35,558 nucleotides of DNA, taken from NCBI GenBank assembly GCA_964456465.1, contig CAYVZL010000001.1, forward strand, positions 1 to 35,558, in the 5' to 3' direction. The stretch is from Candidatus Micrarchaeota archaeon. Lineage in GTDB: Archaea > B1Sed10-29 > CAYVZL01. Under the pieces are notes generated by a model. The model searched no databases. It had not been told where the DNA came from and was given only the letters and a program-made list of their open reading frames with translations. The translations under genes were made by a program, and so were the position numbers. Shown here piece after piece: positions 1-9,545 of this stretch; the stretch's first letter is position 1, and each line of letters begins with the position of its first letter.

Positions 1-2
1 CT

Positions 3-971
3 CTAGCCTTTCTTCTTTTCCTCGTCCACGTCTTCCACGCCTTTCTCGGTCACACGAAAGATAGCTTCTCCTTCTGGCATGGACGGCGAATCGACCAGTC
101 GCGCTATTCTCTTGTCTTCTTTTGATTTCCTGAGGTACAGACGGTAGGAGGTGGCATGGCCGAGCGTCGGGCCTCCGATGGGCATGGTGGGGTCTCCGAA
201 CATTATTCCTGGGTTCTCCATTACCTGGTTCGTGACATAGACGACGAGGTTATAGGCTTCGGCCAGCTTGTGCAAATCTCCTACATGCTTCCCTAACTTC
301 TGCTGACGATCTGACAATGTGGCTCTCCCAATGAAATCGGTCCTGAATTTCGCGGTGAGTGAATCGACTATTATCAGCTTTATGTTGTTGCTCTCTATCA
401 GCTCCGGGGCTTTCTTCAAGAGCGCCATCTGGTAGTCGGCGTTATAGGCTCTGGCCACGTGTATCCTCTTCAACGCCTCCGTGGCATCTAGCCCGGTTGC
501 TTCAGCTATCTGTGCAACCCTCTCAGGACTAAAGGTGTTCTCCGTATCTATGAAGAGACAGTCGCCCTCAAGCCCGCCCTTGTCCTTAGGCAGTTGGACG
601 TTGATGGCCAGTTGGAACGCTATCTGGCTTTTTCCAGAGCTGTATTTGCCATAAGCTTCTGTGACCTTCTGTGTCTCGAACCCGCCGCCAACCAGCTTAT
701 CGAGTTCCTTAGAGCCGCTAGCCAGTTTCACTATACTCGCCCTCCTCTCCATTATCTTGTCCGCTGTCTCGAAGCCCAGATCCAGCCCTTCCCTGGCGCC
801 TTCGATTATCTTGGAGGCGGTGGTCTCCCCTATGCCGGGTATCTCCCTTATCTCCCGTTCAGAAGCAGCCGCTAGTTGGGCTACGCTGCGAAAGCCCGCA
901 TCCCTCAGCTTTTGGGCGATGTTCTCGGTCACGCCGGGCAAATCCTCTATGCTTTCAATAGTTTTACTCAT
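3..971 (-). CDS. radA: DNA repair/recombination protein RadA (complete, 322 aa)
   Basis: N-terminal HhH segment (IEDLPGVTENIAQKLRDAGF, IPGIGETTASKI). RecA-fold P-loop GKYSSGKSQ and Walker B LIIVDS. Length and architecture are typical of archaeal RadA. Start overlaps the upstream RPA-like gene stop by 8 nt. Confidence 0.9.
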   Translation of the reverse strand: MSKTIESIEDLPGVTENIAQKLRDAGFRSVAQLAAASEREIREIPGIGETTASKIIEGAREGLDLGFETADKIMERRASIVKLASGSKELDKLVGGGFETQKVTEAYGKYSSGKSQIAFQLAINVQLPKDKGGLEGDCLFIDTENTFSPERVAQIAEATGLDATEALKRIHVARAYNADYQMALLKKAPELIESNNIKLIIVDSLTAKFRTDFIGRATLSDRQQKLGKHVGDLHKLAEAYNLVVYVTNQVMENPGIMFGDPTMPIGGPTLGHATSYRLYLRKSKEDKRIARLVDSPSMPEGEAIFRVTEKGVEDVDEEKKKG

Positions 972-1905
972 TAAGACACCTGGCCAGTTCTTTTTGAATG
1001 TCTATATTATTAAAACTTCGGATAATAAAATTCATTCGGTTGAAAGCCTGGTCGAACTTAGTCTCGCCAACGAAAACGTACTCATCTCCGAGCAATTTCC
1101 TCTTCCTGAGGTCGAATAATTCTGGTTTTTCCTTGAGCTCCTTGGCAGATATCCCTAAAAACTTCTCTCCGATAGCTCTATAGAACGTGCCTCTCACGAC
1201 ATCGGTCCCATCGTCCAGCTCAGCATTGGCTATCAGAGTATAGGCCGTCTCTACCTTTCCGCATTTAGGACAATCGGGCTTGAGCATGGAACCGCAATTA
1301 GGACAGATCTCGAGGATAGTGGGCTTGAACACATCCACTATAGTCGCTCTTATCTCCGCAAAGCTGTTGTTCTGCAAATCCTTCAGCTTGACCCTCCTGT
1401 CTATCTCTTTCCCTTCGCTGACAACAGAGATAGAGCCGAGATTGCCGACGTTGACCTCTAGCAAGTCATTCCTATTTCGCACATAGGCGTTCAGGACCCT
1501 TATCTGCGCTCCCGGCTTTATCTGGTTTAGGGTGTTCTGCTCCTTGTTCCACGCAACCAGGTTTATCTTTCCCGTATCGTCAGAAACAGTGAAATTGGTT
1601 ACGGTCCCCTTTCTCCCGTCCTTCTCAAACTCGCGGGAATGATAGGCCGACTCTATCGTGACGGACAGGTTGACGTTTGCCAGGCCGTCTGCCAAATCCT
1701 TTACCTTGACCTCGTTCTTGGACTCGAAATCAAAATCTAACCCCAGTTCTTTCGCAATAGAATAAGCAGCTCCAGCCTCGGTTAGCAGGCCGCCGTACTC
1801 CTCCTGCTTTTTACACACCTTCTCCTTGATCTCCTGCTCAGTGAAGCCTTTCTCGCGTATCTTCTTGATTATAGCGTCTGAGGAGTCTAAAATCTGAGAA
1901 ACCAT
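964..1905 (-). CDS. Replication protein A-like ssDNA-binding protein (OB folds plus C4 zinc ribbon)
   Basis: Two OB-fold-like segments (LSVTIESAY..., IRATIVDVF...). Zinc ribbon CPNCGSMLKPDCPKCGK. Co-oriented with and overlapping radA. I place the start at ATG 1905 (MVSQILD...) rather than the upstream alternative start of the track ORF (1953). Confidence 0.7.
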   Translation of the reverse strand: MVSQILDSSDAIIKKIREKGFTEQEIKEKVCKKQEEYGGLLTEAGAAYSIAKELGLDFDFESKNEVKVKDLADGLANVNLSVTIESAYHSREFEKDGRKGTVTNFTVSDDTGKINLVAWNKEQNTLNQIKPGAQIRVLNAYVRNRNDLLEVNVGNLGSISVVSEGKEIDRRVKLKDLQNNSFAEIRATIVDVFKPTILEICPNCGSMLKPDCPKCGKVETAYTLIANAELDDGTDVVRGTFYRAIGEKFLGISAKELKEKPELFDLRKRKLLGDEYVFVGETKFDQAFNRMNFIIRSFNNIDIQKELARCLNE

Positions 1906-2036
1906 AGTACTATTATGGGCGATAGTGTTTAAAAAAGCGATTTCAAGCAACAATGTTAGAAAAAGTTAAAAACAAACGTCAATTGTCTAAAAACAGAACG
2001 TTATTTTTTAAAGCTAACTAATCCTAATACTGCTGC

Positions 2037-3059
2037 ATGAAACACATCGTTCTTCCCCGAGATACTATTGTGGGAAAAAACGTGCTGGACAAGATAGCGG
2101 GAATAACTAAGGATTATGAAAGCATACTCGTGGTTACTGGCAGGACTACCGCTAAAATCGCCGGGAACAGGGTGATGGACCTTCTCGGCTGCGACAACAT
2201 GATTATAGAGAATGGCGCGACTAACATCGAGGTGGACAAGCTGCAGGGGAAAATCAGGGAGGATGCGATAACGCTCTCTGTCGCTGTTGGCGGCGGCACC
2301 ATAATCGATGTGACTAAGCTCGCTGCGTTCAGAACAAAGACGGATTGGGTGAGTGTTCCTACGACTTGCTCTAACGACGGGATATCAAGTCCTGTTGCTT
2401 CCATTAAGAACAACAGAACTAGCATCTCTACCAAGGCCTGCGCACCCATCGCCATCCTGGCAGACATGTCTATAATCGGGAAAGCGCCTTACGAGTTCAT
2501 ACGCGCCGGAGTCGGGGACACGATAGCCAAATACTCAGCAGTTAGGGATTGGAAGCTGGGGCATATCATCAAGGGCGAGTACTATGGAGACTACGCTTCC
2601 AGCCTCTCGATGATGGTCGCAGAGGTAGTTTTAAATAATGTAGCGGAGATAAAGGAACGGACCGATGTCGGGCTGAGCTGCCTGCTAGAAGCGCTCATAT
2701 CATCGGGGGCCGCGATGGCCATAGCTGGTTCCTCTCGCCCTGCCAGTGGGAGCGAACACAAGTTTTCGCACGCGTTGGACATGTTGGGCGGTTCTAAGGG
2801 GCTTCATGGGGACCAGTGCGGGATAGGCTGCATCATAATGTCCTATCTGCAGGGCGAGGACTGGAAGAGAATAAGGAACTCGCTGAAGGCGGCTGGGTGT
2901 CCTACCACAGCCAGAGAGATAGGGATAGACGAAAGTCTTGCTCTCAAGGCCCTGCTGAAGACAAAAGATATAAGACCGGAGCGCTATACTATCGTTGAGC
3001 ACATAAAAATCGACAAGGAGATAGCAGAAAACGCATTGCACAACACGGAGGTTGTATAA
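2037..3059 (+). CDS. egsA: sn-glycerol-1-phosphate dehydrogenase (archaeal ether lipid backbone)
   Basis: Iron/zinc ADH-like fold with glycine-rich VGGGTIIDVTK nucleotide loop. Metal ligand region GSEHKFSHALD and LHGDQCG. 340 aa, immediately coupled to GGGP synthase. Confidence 0.85.
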   Translation: MKHIVLPRDTIVGKNVLDKIAGITKDYESILVVTGRTTAKIAGNRVMDLLGCDNMIIENGATNIEVDKLQGKIREDAITLSVAVGGGTIIDVTKLAAFRTKTDWVSVPTTCSNDGISSPVASIKNNRTSISTKACAPIAILADMSIIGKAPYEFIRAGVGDTIAKYSAVRDWKLGHIIKGEYYGDYASSLSMMVAEVVLNNVAEIKERTDVGLSCLLEALISSGAAMAIAGSSRPASGSEHKFSHALDMLGGSKGLHGDQCGIGCIIMSYLQGEDWKRIRNSLKAAGCPTTAREIGIDESLALKALLKTKDIRPERYTIVEHIKIDKEIAENALHNTEVV

Positions 3060-3823
3060 TGAAAGTATACGATAAACTTTTAGAGGCCGTCAAGAAAGAC
3101 GGGGCTGCGCATTTGTCCCTAATCGACCCGGATGAAATTAACGGTAATAAAGTATGCGAGATGGCCAAAGTGATACAGAAATGCGGAAGCGAGGGGATCA
3201 TGGTGGGGGGCAGCGGGGTCGACCTAAGCGCAACAGACGCCTGTGTCAAAAACATCAAGAAAGTGACTGACATTCCAGTCATACTATTTCCAGGTAACAT
3301 CACTGGCATATCGGACAATGCAGATGCCATCTTCTTCATGAGCCTGCTTAACTCTCGTTCCAACTACTGGCTGTCGCTGTCGCAGGCGCTGGGCTCTTAC
3401 TCAGTCAAGCAGTTCGGGTTAGAGGTAATACCCATGGGTTACATCATAGTTGAATCTGGACAAAAGACATCAGTCGAGTTCTATGGGGATGCGAACGCTA
3501 TCCCACGAGGGAAACCGAAGATAGCCGCTGCCTTTGCTCTAGCCGCACAGTATATGGGGATGAAAATAGTCTATCTCGAGGCCGGCTCTCGTGCGCTGGC
3601 GCCTATCTCTAATGAGATGATAAAGTTCGTAAAGGGCATGATAGACATCCCCCTTATCGTCGGAGGCGGTATCAAGGACGGAAGCATCGCCTACGAGAAG
3701 GTCAAGGCAGGAGCTGACATCATAGTCACGGGCACTGCGCTTGAGAATGCCAGCAACCTCGAGGAAAAGCTAAAGGACATAGTCAACGGAGTCAAGAAAG
3801 CGGGAAAGGAAAAGTTAAAATAG
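3059..3823 (+). CDS. Geranylgeranylglyceryl phosphate synthase (PcrB/GGGPS family)
   Basis: TIM-barrel PcrB-family signatures MVGGSGV and LIVGGGIK phosphate loops, 254 aa. ATG shares a base with the egsA TAA (TAATG). Confidence 0.85.
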   Translation: MKVYDKLLEAVKKDGAAHLSLIDPDEINGNKVCEMAKVIQKCGSEGIMVGGSGVDLSATDACVKNIKKVTDIPVILFPGNITGISDNADAIFFMSLLNSRSNYWLSLSQALGSYSVKQFGLEVIPMGYIIVESGQKTSVEFYGDANAIPRGKPKIAAAFALAAQYMGMKIVYLEAGSRALAPISNEMIKFVKGMIDIPLIVGGGIKDGSIAYEKVKAGADIIVTGTALENASNLEEKLKDIVNGVKKAGKEKLK

Positions 3824-3844
3824 CCTGTATGTTTTCTTCCTAAC

Positions 3845-5098
3845 ATGGTCGATGTAGTCTTCGTCGAGGGCCTCGTAATATCGATGCTAGTTGGTGCTCT
3901 CTTGGGATTGGAGAGGGAGTACAGCAAAAAGCAGTCGGTGATAGGGCTCAGGAGCTTCTCCCTCGCAGCGCTGTTCGGCTTCTTGTCGGTGATACTATCG
4001 AAGCTGCTTAATAATAACCTGATTGTCTTCCTGGCATTCATATTCCTGGCCGCTTTCACCGTCATAATCTACTACACCAACGCGAGAAAGAGCTCTAACA
4101 TAGGGTTCACCACCTCCATCTCCCTGGTGATAACCTTCATGCTCGGGATTTTTGTCGGGTTCGGGTGGAGGACCGAGGCCATCTTCCTGGGCGTGCTCAT
4201 TTCTATAATCCTGTTCTCCAAGGAAAGGATGCACCAGCTGGTCTCAAGGCTGAACCAGAAGGAGGTCGGAGACTTGCTCGAGTTCCTGGTCCTGCTGGGA
4301 ATAATCTATCCGCTGCTGCCCTCCTCATTCGAGCTCTTCGGGGTGACTGTGCAGCCGCTCATGATTTGGGGCATTATAGTCATGATATCGGTCCTGAACT
4401 TCTGCGTATTCATGGGCGCGAGATACCTTCCTATCCAGCACAAGATAGAGCTGTTCGGCTTCCTGGGCGGCCTCATCAACACCCAGGCCATAATAGGCTC
4501 GCTGATGAACGTCTACAAGCAGAACAAGAAGATGTTCCAGAACGTTGCCAGCGGCTTCATACTCATCAACACGGCGATGTATCTCAGGAATTTCATTCTG
4601 ATAACGATAATAGCCCCATTGACATTGCTCTACGTAGGAATTCCTGTCGTCCTTGTCCTGGCCACCCTCATCCCGTTCTCACGGCTCTTTCTTATGATGA
4701 AGCACAAGGAAGCGCAGATAAAGATAGATTCGCCCTTCGGCGTCTGGCCCGCGGCTAAACTTGGCCTGGCCATCCTGCTGGTGTTCATACTCCTGGATTT
4801 CTCAATGACGTTGGGCGGGAATGCGCTTCTGATAACCGCTGTCCTGGGCGGCTTAGTCTACTCTCTTGCGGTGTGCGTCTCTCTTGGGACGCTGGCCTTG
4901 AACAACGCGATTACCCCCCAGCAGGCGGCTCTGGCGTTCATACTGGCTAATGCGGCAAGCGTGATAAGCAATTTCTTCGTGCTCTATGTCGCCGGCGGGA
5001 AAGAATTGATGCCAAAGGTGAACAAGGCGATGTTCATCTCTGTGGTCGCCTCTATCCTTGGGGTATTCCTCAGCATAGCGGCTTTTGGCCTAGCCTAG
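3845..5098 (+). CDS. MgtC/SapB-like plus DUF4010-like polytopic membrane protein
   Basis: N-terminal LLGLEREYSKKQSVIGLRSF resembles the MgtC/SapB GLERE...GLRT motif. About 12 hydrophobic helices across 417 aa. Confidence 0.6.
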   Translation: MVDVVFVEGLVISMLVGALLGLEREYSKKQSVIGLRSFSLAALFGFLSVILSKLLNNNLIVFLAFIFLAAFTVIIYYTNARKSSNIGFTTSISLVITFMLGIFVGFGWRTEAIFLGVLISIILFSKERMHQLVSRLNQKEVGDLLEFLVLLGIIYPLLPSSFELFGVTVQPLMIWGIIVMISVLNFCVFMGARYLPIQHKIELFGFLGGLINTQAIIGSLMNVYKQNKKMFQNVASGFILINTAMYLRNFILITIIAPLTLLYVGIPVVLVLATLIPFSRLFLMMKHKEAQIKIDSPFGVWPAAKLGLAILLVFILLDFSMTLGGNALLITAVLGGLVYSLAVCVSLGTLALNNAITPQQAALAFILANAASVISNFFVLYVAGGKELMPKVNKAMFISVVASILGVFLSIAAFGLA

Positions 5099-5965
5099 AG
5101 TCAGGAGATAGATAAAAACATCCCCGAACAGCAGATTCAGAACCAGTGACGCAAAGATATAGGGGACATACTTCGGCAAATCCTCGCAGACCATGACCGC
5201 CGTTATCTTGTACTTCCTAGCGCGCTCCCTAATCTTCTTCAGCTCTATTAGCGTGAATGTCTTTCGCCACAGCCCCAGCTTGGCGATGGTTGTTTTGCTC
5301 ATGCTCTCCAGTGCCAGAACATCATCGTCGTTCAGGTCAGCCACCCTCTTTTTCCTCGCAAAGAATAAGACAACGATATCATTCTTGAACGGGATAATCA
5401 TGAGGGCGAAGAACATCGGGACAAATATCAACGCTATTAGGATGGACTTCGTGAACCAGATCATGAGTATCGGCGAGAGTATCGCGCAGTAGACCAGGCC
5501 GGTTATGACCTTCCTTCTGAAATCTTTAATCTTTTTCCTTTTGGCGGACAGCTTTCTCAGGTAGATGAGGGGTATGAACAGCATGAAGAATATCCCGGAT
5601 AGGATGAAAACTGAGACTATGAAGGGGAGCGTGGAGGAAACGGGGTTAATCCCTATGGCTTCAGAGAGCGGCCTGAGCGAAGCGGGATAATATGGGATCA
5701 AGAGGGTCAGAGCGGTAAACAGTTTCACGTCCCCGCCCCCTATCTGACCGAAGATATAGAGGATAAAGCCTAGAGCGAACACTAAGATGCCAAGTCCTAT
5801 TATGGTAACGGCCTGCCAGAAGGGAAAGCTGAACGCGACCAGGATAGCCCCAAATCCTATCATCGCGTGGGATAGCCTGTCGGATACCTCGCCGGTCTTT
5901 ATGTCCGTGTAGGAAGAATAGGCCACCCCCAATAGCGCTATAACGGCTCCGATTATTTCCAGCAT
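5090..5965 (-). CDS. Archaeal prepilin/preflagellin peptidase (A24 family, EppA/FlaK/PibD type) with C-terminal extension
   Basis: Two catalytic Asp contexts: SYTDIKTGEVSD and GGGDVKLF (GxGDxK). Polytopic membrane protein. ATG at 5965 sits 1 nt after the pus10 stop; the track ORF uses GTG at 5974. About 90 extra C-terminal residues beyond the A24 core. Confidence 0.75.
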   Translation of the reverse strand: MLEIIGAVIALLGVAYSSYTDIKTGEVSDRLSHAMIGFGAILVAFSFPFWQAVTIIGLGILVFALGFILYIFGQIGGGDVKLFTALTLLIPYYPASLRPLSEAIGINPVSSTLPFIVSVFILSGIFFMLFIPLIYLRKLSAKRKKIKDFRRKVITGLVYCAILSPILMIWFTKSILIALIFVPMFFALMIIPFKNDIVVLFFARKKRVADLNDDDVLALESMSKTTIAKLGLWRKTFTLIELKKIRERARKYKITAVMVCEDLPKYVPYIFASLVLNLLFGDVFIYLLTLG

Positions 5966-5966
5966 A

Positions 5967-7193
5967 TCACTCACTTATCTCTATGACATCCAGCTCTTTC
6001 ACCAGGCAGGGCTTCTTTATGACGGAACTGAACGATGGGTCGGTCCTGCCGTTATCGCCGCTGACCAGCTCCTTGATATATGCGCCGGCCTGCGTTTTTA
6101 TCGCCACCCTGAATCCACCCTTGGCCATCTTGCCTTCCACTGACACTATCTTCCTTTTCCTGACCTTGTCCGCTCTACGATGCAGGACTCTGGCCGGGGT
6201 CTTCTGCGAGATTAGCCTATCGTGAAAATACTCCTCCAGCTTTTTTAAATCTTCCCTCCTGGCCCTGCATTCTACCAGCACATCATAGGTCTTATCGTGC
6301 ATTACCGCCTTTATGGCCTGGACCTCCCTCCTGCTCGAAGGCCTCAGATCAGACACTTCGACCTTGCCCTCAGCATGCTGGTTGATCCTCTTCTCAAGTT
6401 TTTTCAGGTCCAGCTCTCTCTTCCTGGGTTCGAAGGTTTCCAGCACGAACGGCCTCCCTCTGCCGAGCATCCTGGCGTCGATATCCTCCCTGCCTTCGCC
6501 ATGGAAACTCGATGACTTTCCGCCGGTCTCCTCCAGAACCTTCTCGGCGATAAGCTCCTCCACGGTCTCCTTGTACTGTTTTCCGGTGTGGCCGCATTTG
6601 GGACAGCCCCTGCCGCCGCACTCTCTGCAGGGCCACTTGGTCTGCGGTATCCCTCTGACCAGTTTCCTATATCTCCCGTAGATGTAGAGCGGGTTTAGCT
6701 TCGTCTCTATCCTGCCCCTCTTGAAATCTATCGTAAAAATTACATCAGGAAAACTGAATTCGGCGTTCTTCTTTGTCCATCCCCAGACCATCAGGCCGAA
6801 GGTCCTGTTAATCTCCCTCTTTATCGGCTCGCAGTGTTCAGCTCCTACCTTCTCCCAGAGCTTCTCCTCTACCTCTATCAGTTTCTTGTCTATCTTGCAG
6901 CCGACCAGGAAAGTGTCGAATTCGTGCTTTTTGTGTTCCGTCTTGAGCAGTTTCTCATATTTATCTAATTCAGCAAATATCCCGCTGCATAGGACGCACT
7001 TTTTGAGGGTCTTGGGCTTCAACTTCTTCTTCAGGCCCTTTTCTATATCCTTTTCCGCCTTGGCCTTCCGGATGGCTGCCCCTATCTGGCCGTTGGTATA
7101 ATCCTTGAACTTATTGTGGAACTGCCTTCCCAAACAGTGGTCGCACACTTTCTCTCCGGCTAGAATAAGGTCTCTCGTTTCCAACATATTCAC
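5967..7193 (-). CDS. pus10: tRNA pseudouridine(54/55) synthase Pus10
   Basis: N-terminal zinc cysteines (CDHCLGRQF, CVLC). Second ribbon CRECGGRGCPKCGH. Catalytic-Asp motif GREDIDARMLGRGRPFVLE. 408 aa. Ends in TGA. Confidence 0.8.
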   Translation of the reverse strand: MNMLETRDLILAGEKVCDHCLGRQFHNKFKDYTNGQIGAAIRKAKAEKDIEKGLKKKLKPKTLKKCVLCSGIFAELDKYEKLLKTEHKKHEFDTFLVGCKIDKKLIEVEEKLWEKVGAEHCEPIKREINRTFGLMVWGWTKKNAEFSFPDVIFTIDFKRGRIETKLNPLYIYGRYRKLVRGIPQTKWPCRECGGRGCPKCGHTGKQYKETVEELIAEKVLEETGGKSSSFHGEGREDIDARMLGRGRPFVLETFEPRKRELDLKKLEKRINQHAEGKVEVSDLRPSSRREVQAIKAVMHDKTYDVLVECRARREDLKKLEEYFHDRLISQKTPARVLHRRADKVRKRKIVSVEGKMAKGGFRVAIKTQAGAYIKELVSGDNGRTDPSFSSVIKKPCLVKELDVIEISE

Positions 7194-8506
7194 TGCAGAC
7201 CAGCTCCCTTGAATTGCTTCAGCAGACCGCCCAGCTGCCCGCCCATCCTCTTTCCTTTCTTGATCTTCTTCAGCATCTTCTTGCTCATGTCGAACTGCTT
7301 GAGCAGCTCGCGCACCTCTGCCTCTGCTGTGCCGCTGCCCTTGGCTATCCTCTTTATCCTCTCGCCCTTGATTACGCTCGGGTCATCCAGCTCTTTCTTG
7401 GTCATCGAGTCCATGATGAACTTGTAGGCTTTCATCTTCTCCTCGCTCGTCTGTACCAGCTCTTCGGGCATGGCAGACAGCCCTAACATTTCGAACACCT
7501 TCTTGAGCGGGCCCATCTTCTTCATCGCCTCCAGCTGCTTGTAGAACGTCTTTAGAGTATACTCCTCTTTCAGCAAATCCTCCGGCGAGAACTCAGACTC
7601 CTCAGCCGCTTCTTGCGCTTTTTTCAGGAGTTCGCCAAGGTCTGGGAAGCCGAGCAGTCTAGAGACAAACCTCTCGGCGTTGAAGACCTCGAAGTCCTCC
7701 ATCTTCTCGCCGGTAGAAATGAAAGTCACTGGCACTTTAGCGACATGGCACGCGGATAGGGCGCCTCCAGCCTTTCCTGACGTGTCTGTCTTCGTGGCTA
7801 TAACGCCCGTGAGGCCCAACGCCTGGTTGAAGGACTCGGCTTGCTTGACCGCTGTCTGGCCGATGTCCGCTGAGATGACCAAATAAATCTCATCAGGCTT
7901 AAGCATAGCCTTTATCTGCTTTATCTCTTCAGTCAGTTCTTTGCTGAGCGAGTCCCTTCCGGCTGAATCGACTATCACCAAATCAAAATCTTTCGTCTTG
8001 TCCAGATTGTCCTTGAGTATCTTTATCGGGTTCTTCTCGTTGTCCTCGCCAAAAACATGCACTTTCACCTGCTGGCCTATCTGTTTTACCTGGTCATAAG
8101 CAGCCGGTCGCCAGACATCCGTAGTCAGAATACAGGTCTTGAGCCCTCTTTTCGAATAGAACTTAGCCAGCTTGCCCGTGGCTGTGGTCTTTCCGCTCCC
8201 GAACAGCCCGACTAAGAGTATCTTGTGCTTGTCCATCCTCGGGCTATGCGTCTCTCCGCCCAGAATCTTTGCCAGCTCGTCGTAGATTATCCTTATCAAA
8301 TGCTCCTTTCTGGACAGGCCTGGCGGCAGCTTCTCGTCTTTTGCCTTTTCCTTTACTTCATTGGACAGCTTTTGGACCAGTTCTATATTGACATCGGAAG
8401 AGATGAGTATTCTCTGGATATCATTGGCTATCTCTTTTATCAGGCCGTCGTCCACTGTCCCGGCGCGAGTTATCTTCGCAAAGACCTCTTTCATCTTCCC
8501 TAGCAT
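7190..8506 (-). CDS. srp54: Signal recognition particle protein SRP54
   Basis: NG domain P-loop GLFGSGKTTATGKLA, DSAGR, TKTDTSGKAGGALS. Met-rich M domain (MKKMGPLKKVFEMLG). ATG at 8506 forms an ATGA overlap with the ftsY stop. Ends in TGA at a conserved-looking C-terminus. Confidence 0.9.
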   Translation of the reverse strand: MLGKMKEVFAKITRAGTVDDGLIKEIANDIQRILISSDVNIELVQKLSNEVKEKAKDEKLPPGLSRKEHLIRIIYDELAKILGGETHSPRMDKHKILLVGLFGSGKTTATGKLAKFYSKRGLKTCILTTDVWRPAAYDQVKQIGQQVKVHVFGEDNEKNPIKILKDNLDKTKDFDLVIVDSAGRDSLSKELTEEIKQIKAMLKPDEIYLVISADIGQTAVKQAESFNQALGLTGVIATKTDTSGKAGGALSACHVAKVPVTFISTGEKMEDFEVFNAERFVSRLLGFPDLGELLKKAQEAAEESEFSPEDLLKEEYTLKTFYKQLEAMKKMGPLKKVFEMLGLSAMPEELVQTSEEKMKAYKFIMDSMTKKELDDPSVIKGERIKRIAKGSGTAEAEVRELLKQFDMSKKMLKKIKKGKRMGGQLGGLLKQFKGAGLQ

Positions 8507-9498
8507 CAAATTACCTTTTCTATGAACCAATTCTCATCAAACGGCATTATATTGTCCAGTTCTTGGCCGGTCGTTATAAACAGCACAGGTTTTTGGGTAA
8601 CATAAGAGACTGAAAGAAGACTTCCTCCTTTTACATCACAATCGACTTTAGTCATTATTATCCCGTCGAGTCCTATCGCCTCGTTGAACTTCTTCGCCTC
8701 TTCCAGCGCTGCATTGCCTGCAAGCGCCTCGCTGATATAGATTTTCATATCCGGCTTAGCCACTCTGACTATCTTCTTCATCTGCTCCATCAGGTTGACA
8801 TTCAGCTCGCTTCTGCCTGCCGTATCTATCAGCACTACGCCCACCTTATGGGCCTCAGCGTACTTTATAGCATCGAAACAGACGGCAGCCGGATCGCTAC
8901 CATAATTCTGCTTTATGACCTTCACGCCGACTCTTCCGGCAATCTTCTCCACCTGCTCGATAGAGGCGGCCCTGAACGTGTCAGCGGCAGCTATGACTGA
9001 AGAGAAATTATTCTTTTGCAGATATTTCGCAACTTTCCCTATCGTGCTGGTCTTGCCATGGCCGTTGGGTCCTAAAAACATTATCACATAGGGTTTTTTC
9101 TTTGAAGCCCGGGCAAGCAAATCTACCTTCTCCTGCTTCAATACATCCCTCAGACTGTCCTTTATCGCCTGCTCGGAGATTGCCTTGACGTCATCCTTCC
9201 CAGATATCTCTTTTCCGACCAGTCTTTTCTTGATGTCCTCAGAAATCTTCTCGGCGACAGAAACAGCAACATCCGCTTCTAGCAACGAAAGCGTGAACTC
9301 GTCCAATAGGCTATGGATATCCTCCTCTTTTATGACTGCTTTCCTGACGATAGCTTTTTTCAGTTTAGTCCCAAGCGTCAGTCTGGGCTCTAGCTCTCTC
9401 TTTTCCTCAACAGAAGCAGGCCTCTCGGCTATCCTCTCTAAACTCTCTTCCTCTTTCTTAAAAAATCCGCTAATCTTCTTCTTCAGGAAATCAAACAT
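8506..9498 (-). CDS. ftsY: SRP receptor FtsY
   Basis: Acidic/basic N-terminal region, then NG domain with GPNGHGKTSTIGK, DTAGR, MTKVDCDVKGGSLLS. Start taken at MFDFLKKK (ATG 9498). Confidence 0.9.
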   Translation of the reverse strand: MFDFLKKKISGFFKKEEESLERIAERPASVEEKRELEPRLTLGTKLKKAIVRKAVIKEEDIHSLLDEFTLSLLEADVAVSVAEKISEDIKKRLVGKEISGKDDVKAISEQAIKDSLRDVLKQEKVDLLARASKKKPYVIMFLGPNGHGKTSTIGKVAKYLQKNNFSSVIAAADTFRAASIEQVEKIAGRVGVKVIKQNYGSDPAAVCFDAIKYAEAHKVGVVLIDTAGRSELNVNLMEQMKKIVRVAKPDMKIYISEALAGNAALEEAKKFNEAIGLDGIIMTKVDCDVKGGSLLSVSYVTQKPVLFITTGQELDNIMPFDENWFIEKVI

Positions 9499-9545
9499 AT
9501 TGACCAACACTGCACTACAGTTGTTCGGTCAGGTCAGGAATGAAG

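Noticed and set aside
964-1953. Longer RPA start (MLLEIAFLNTIAHNST...)
   Set aside because: The upstream 16 codons use a non-ATG start within an AT-rich promoter-like region and look non-coding. ATG 1905 (MVSQ...) is the first ATG of the ORF.
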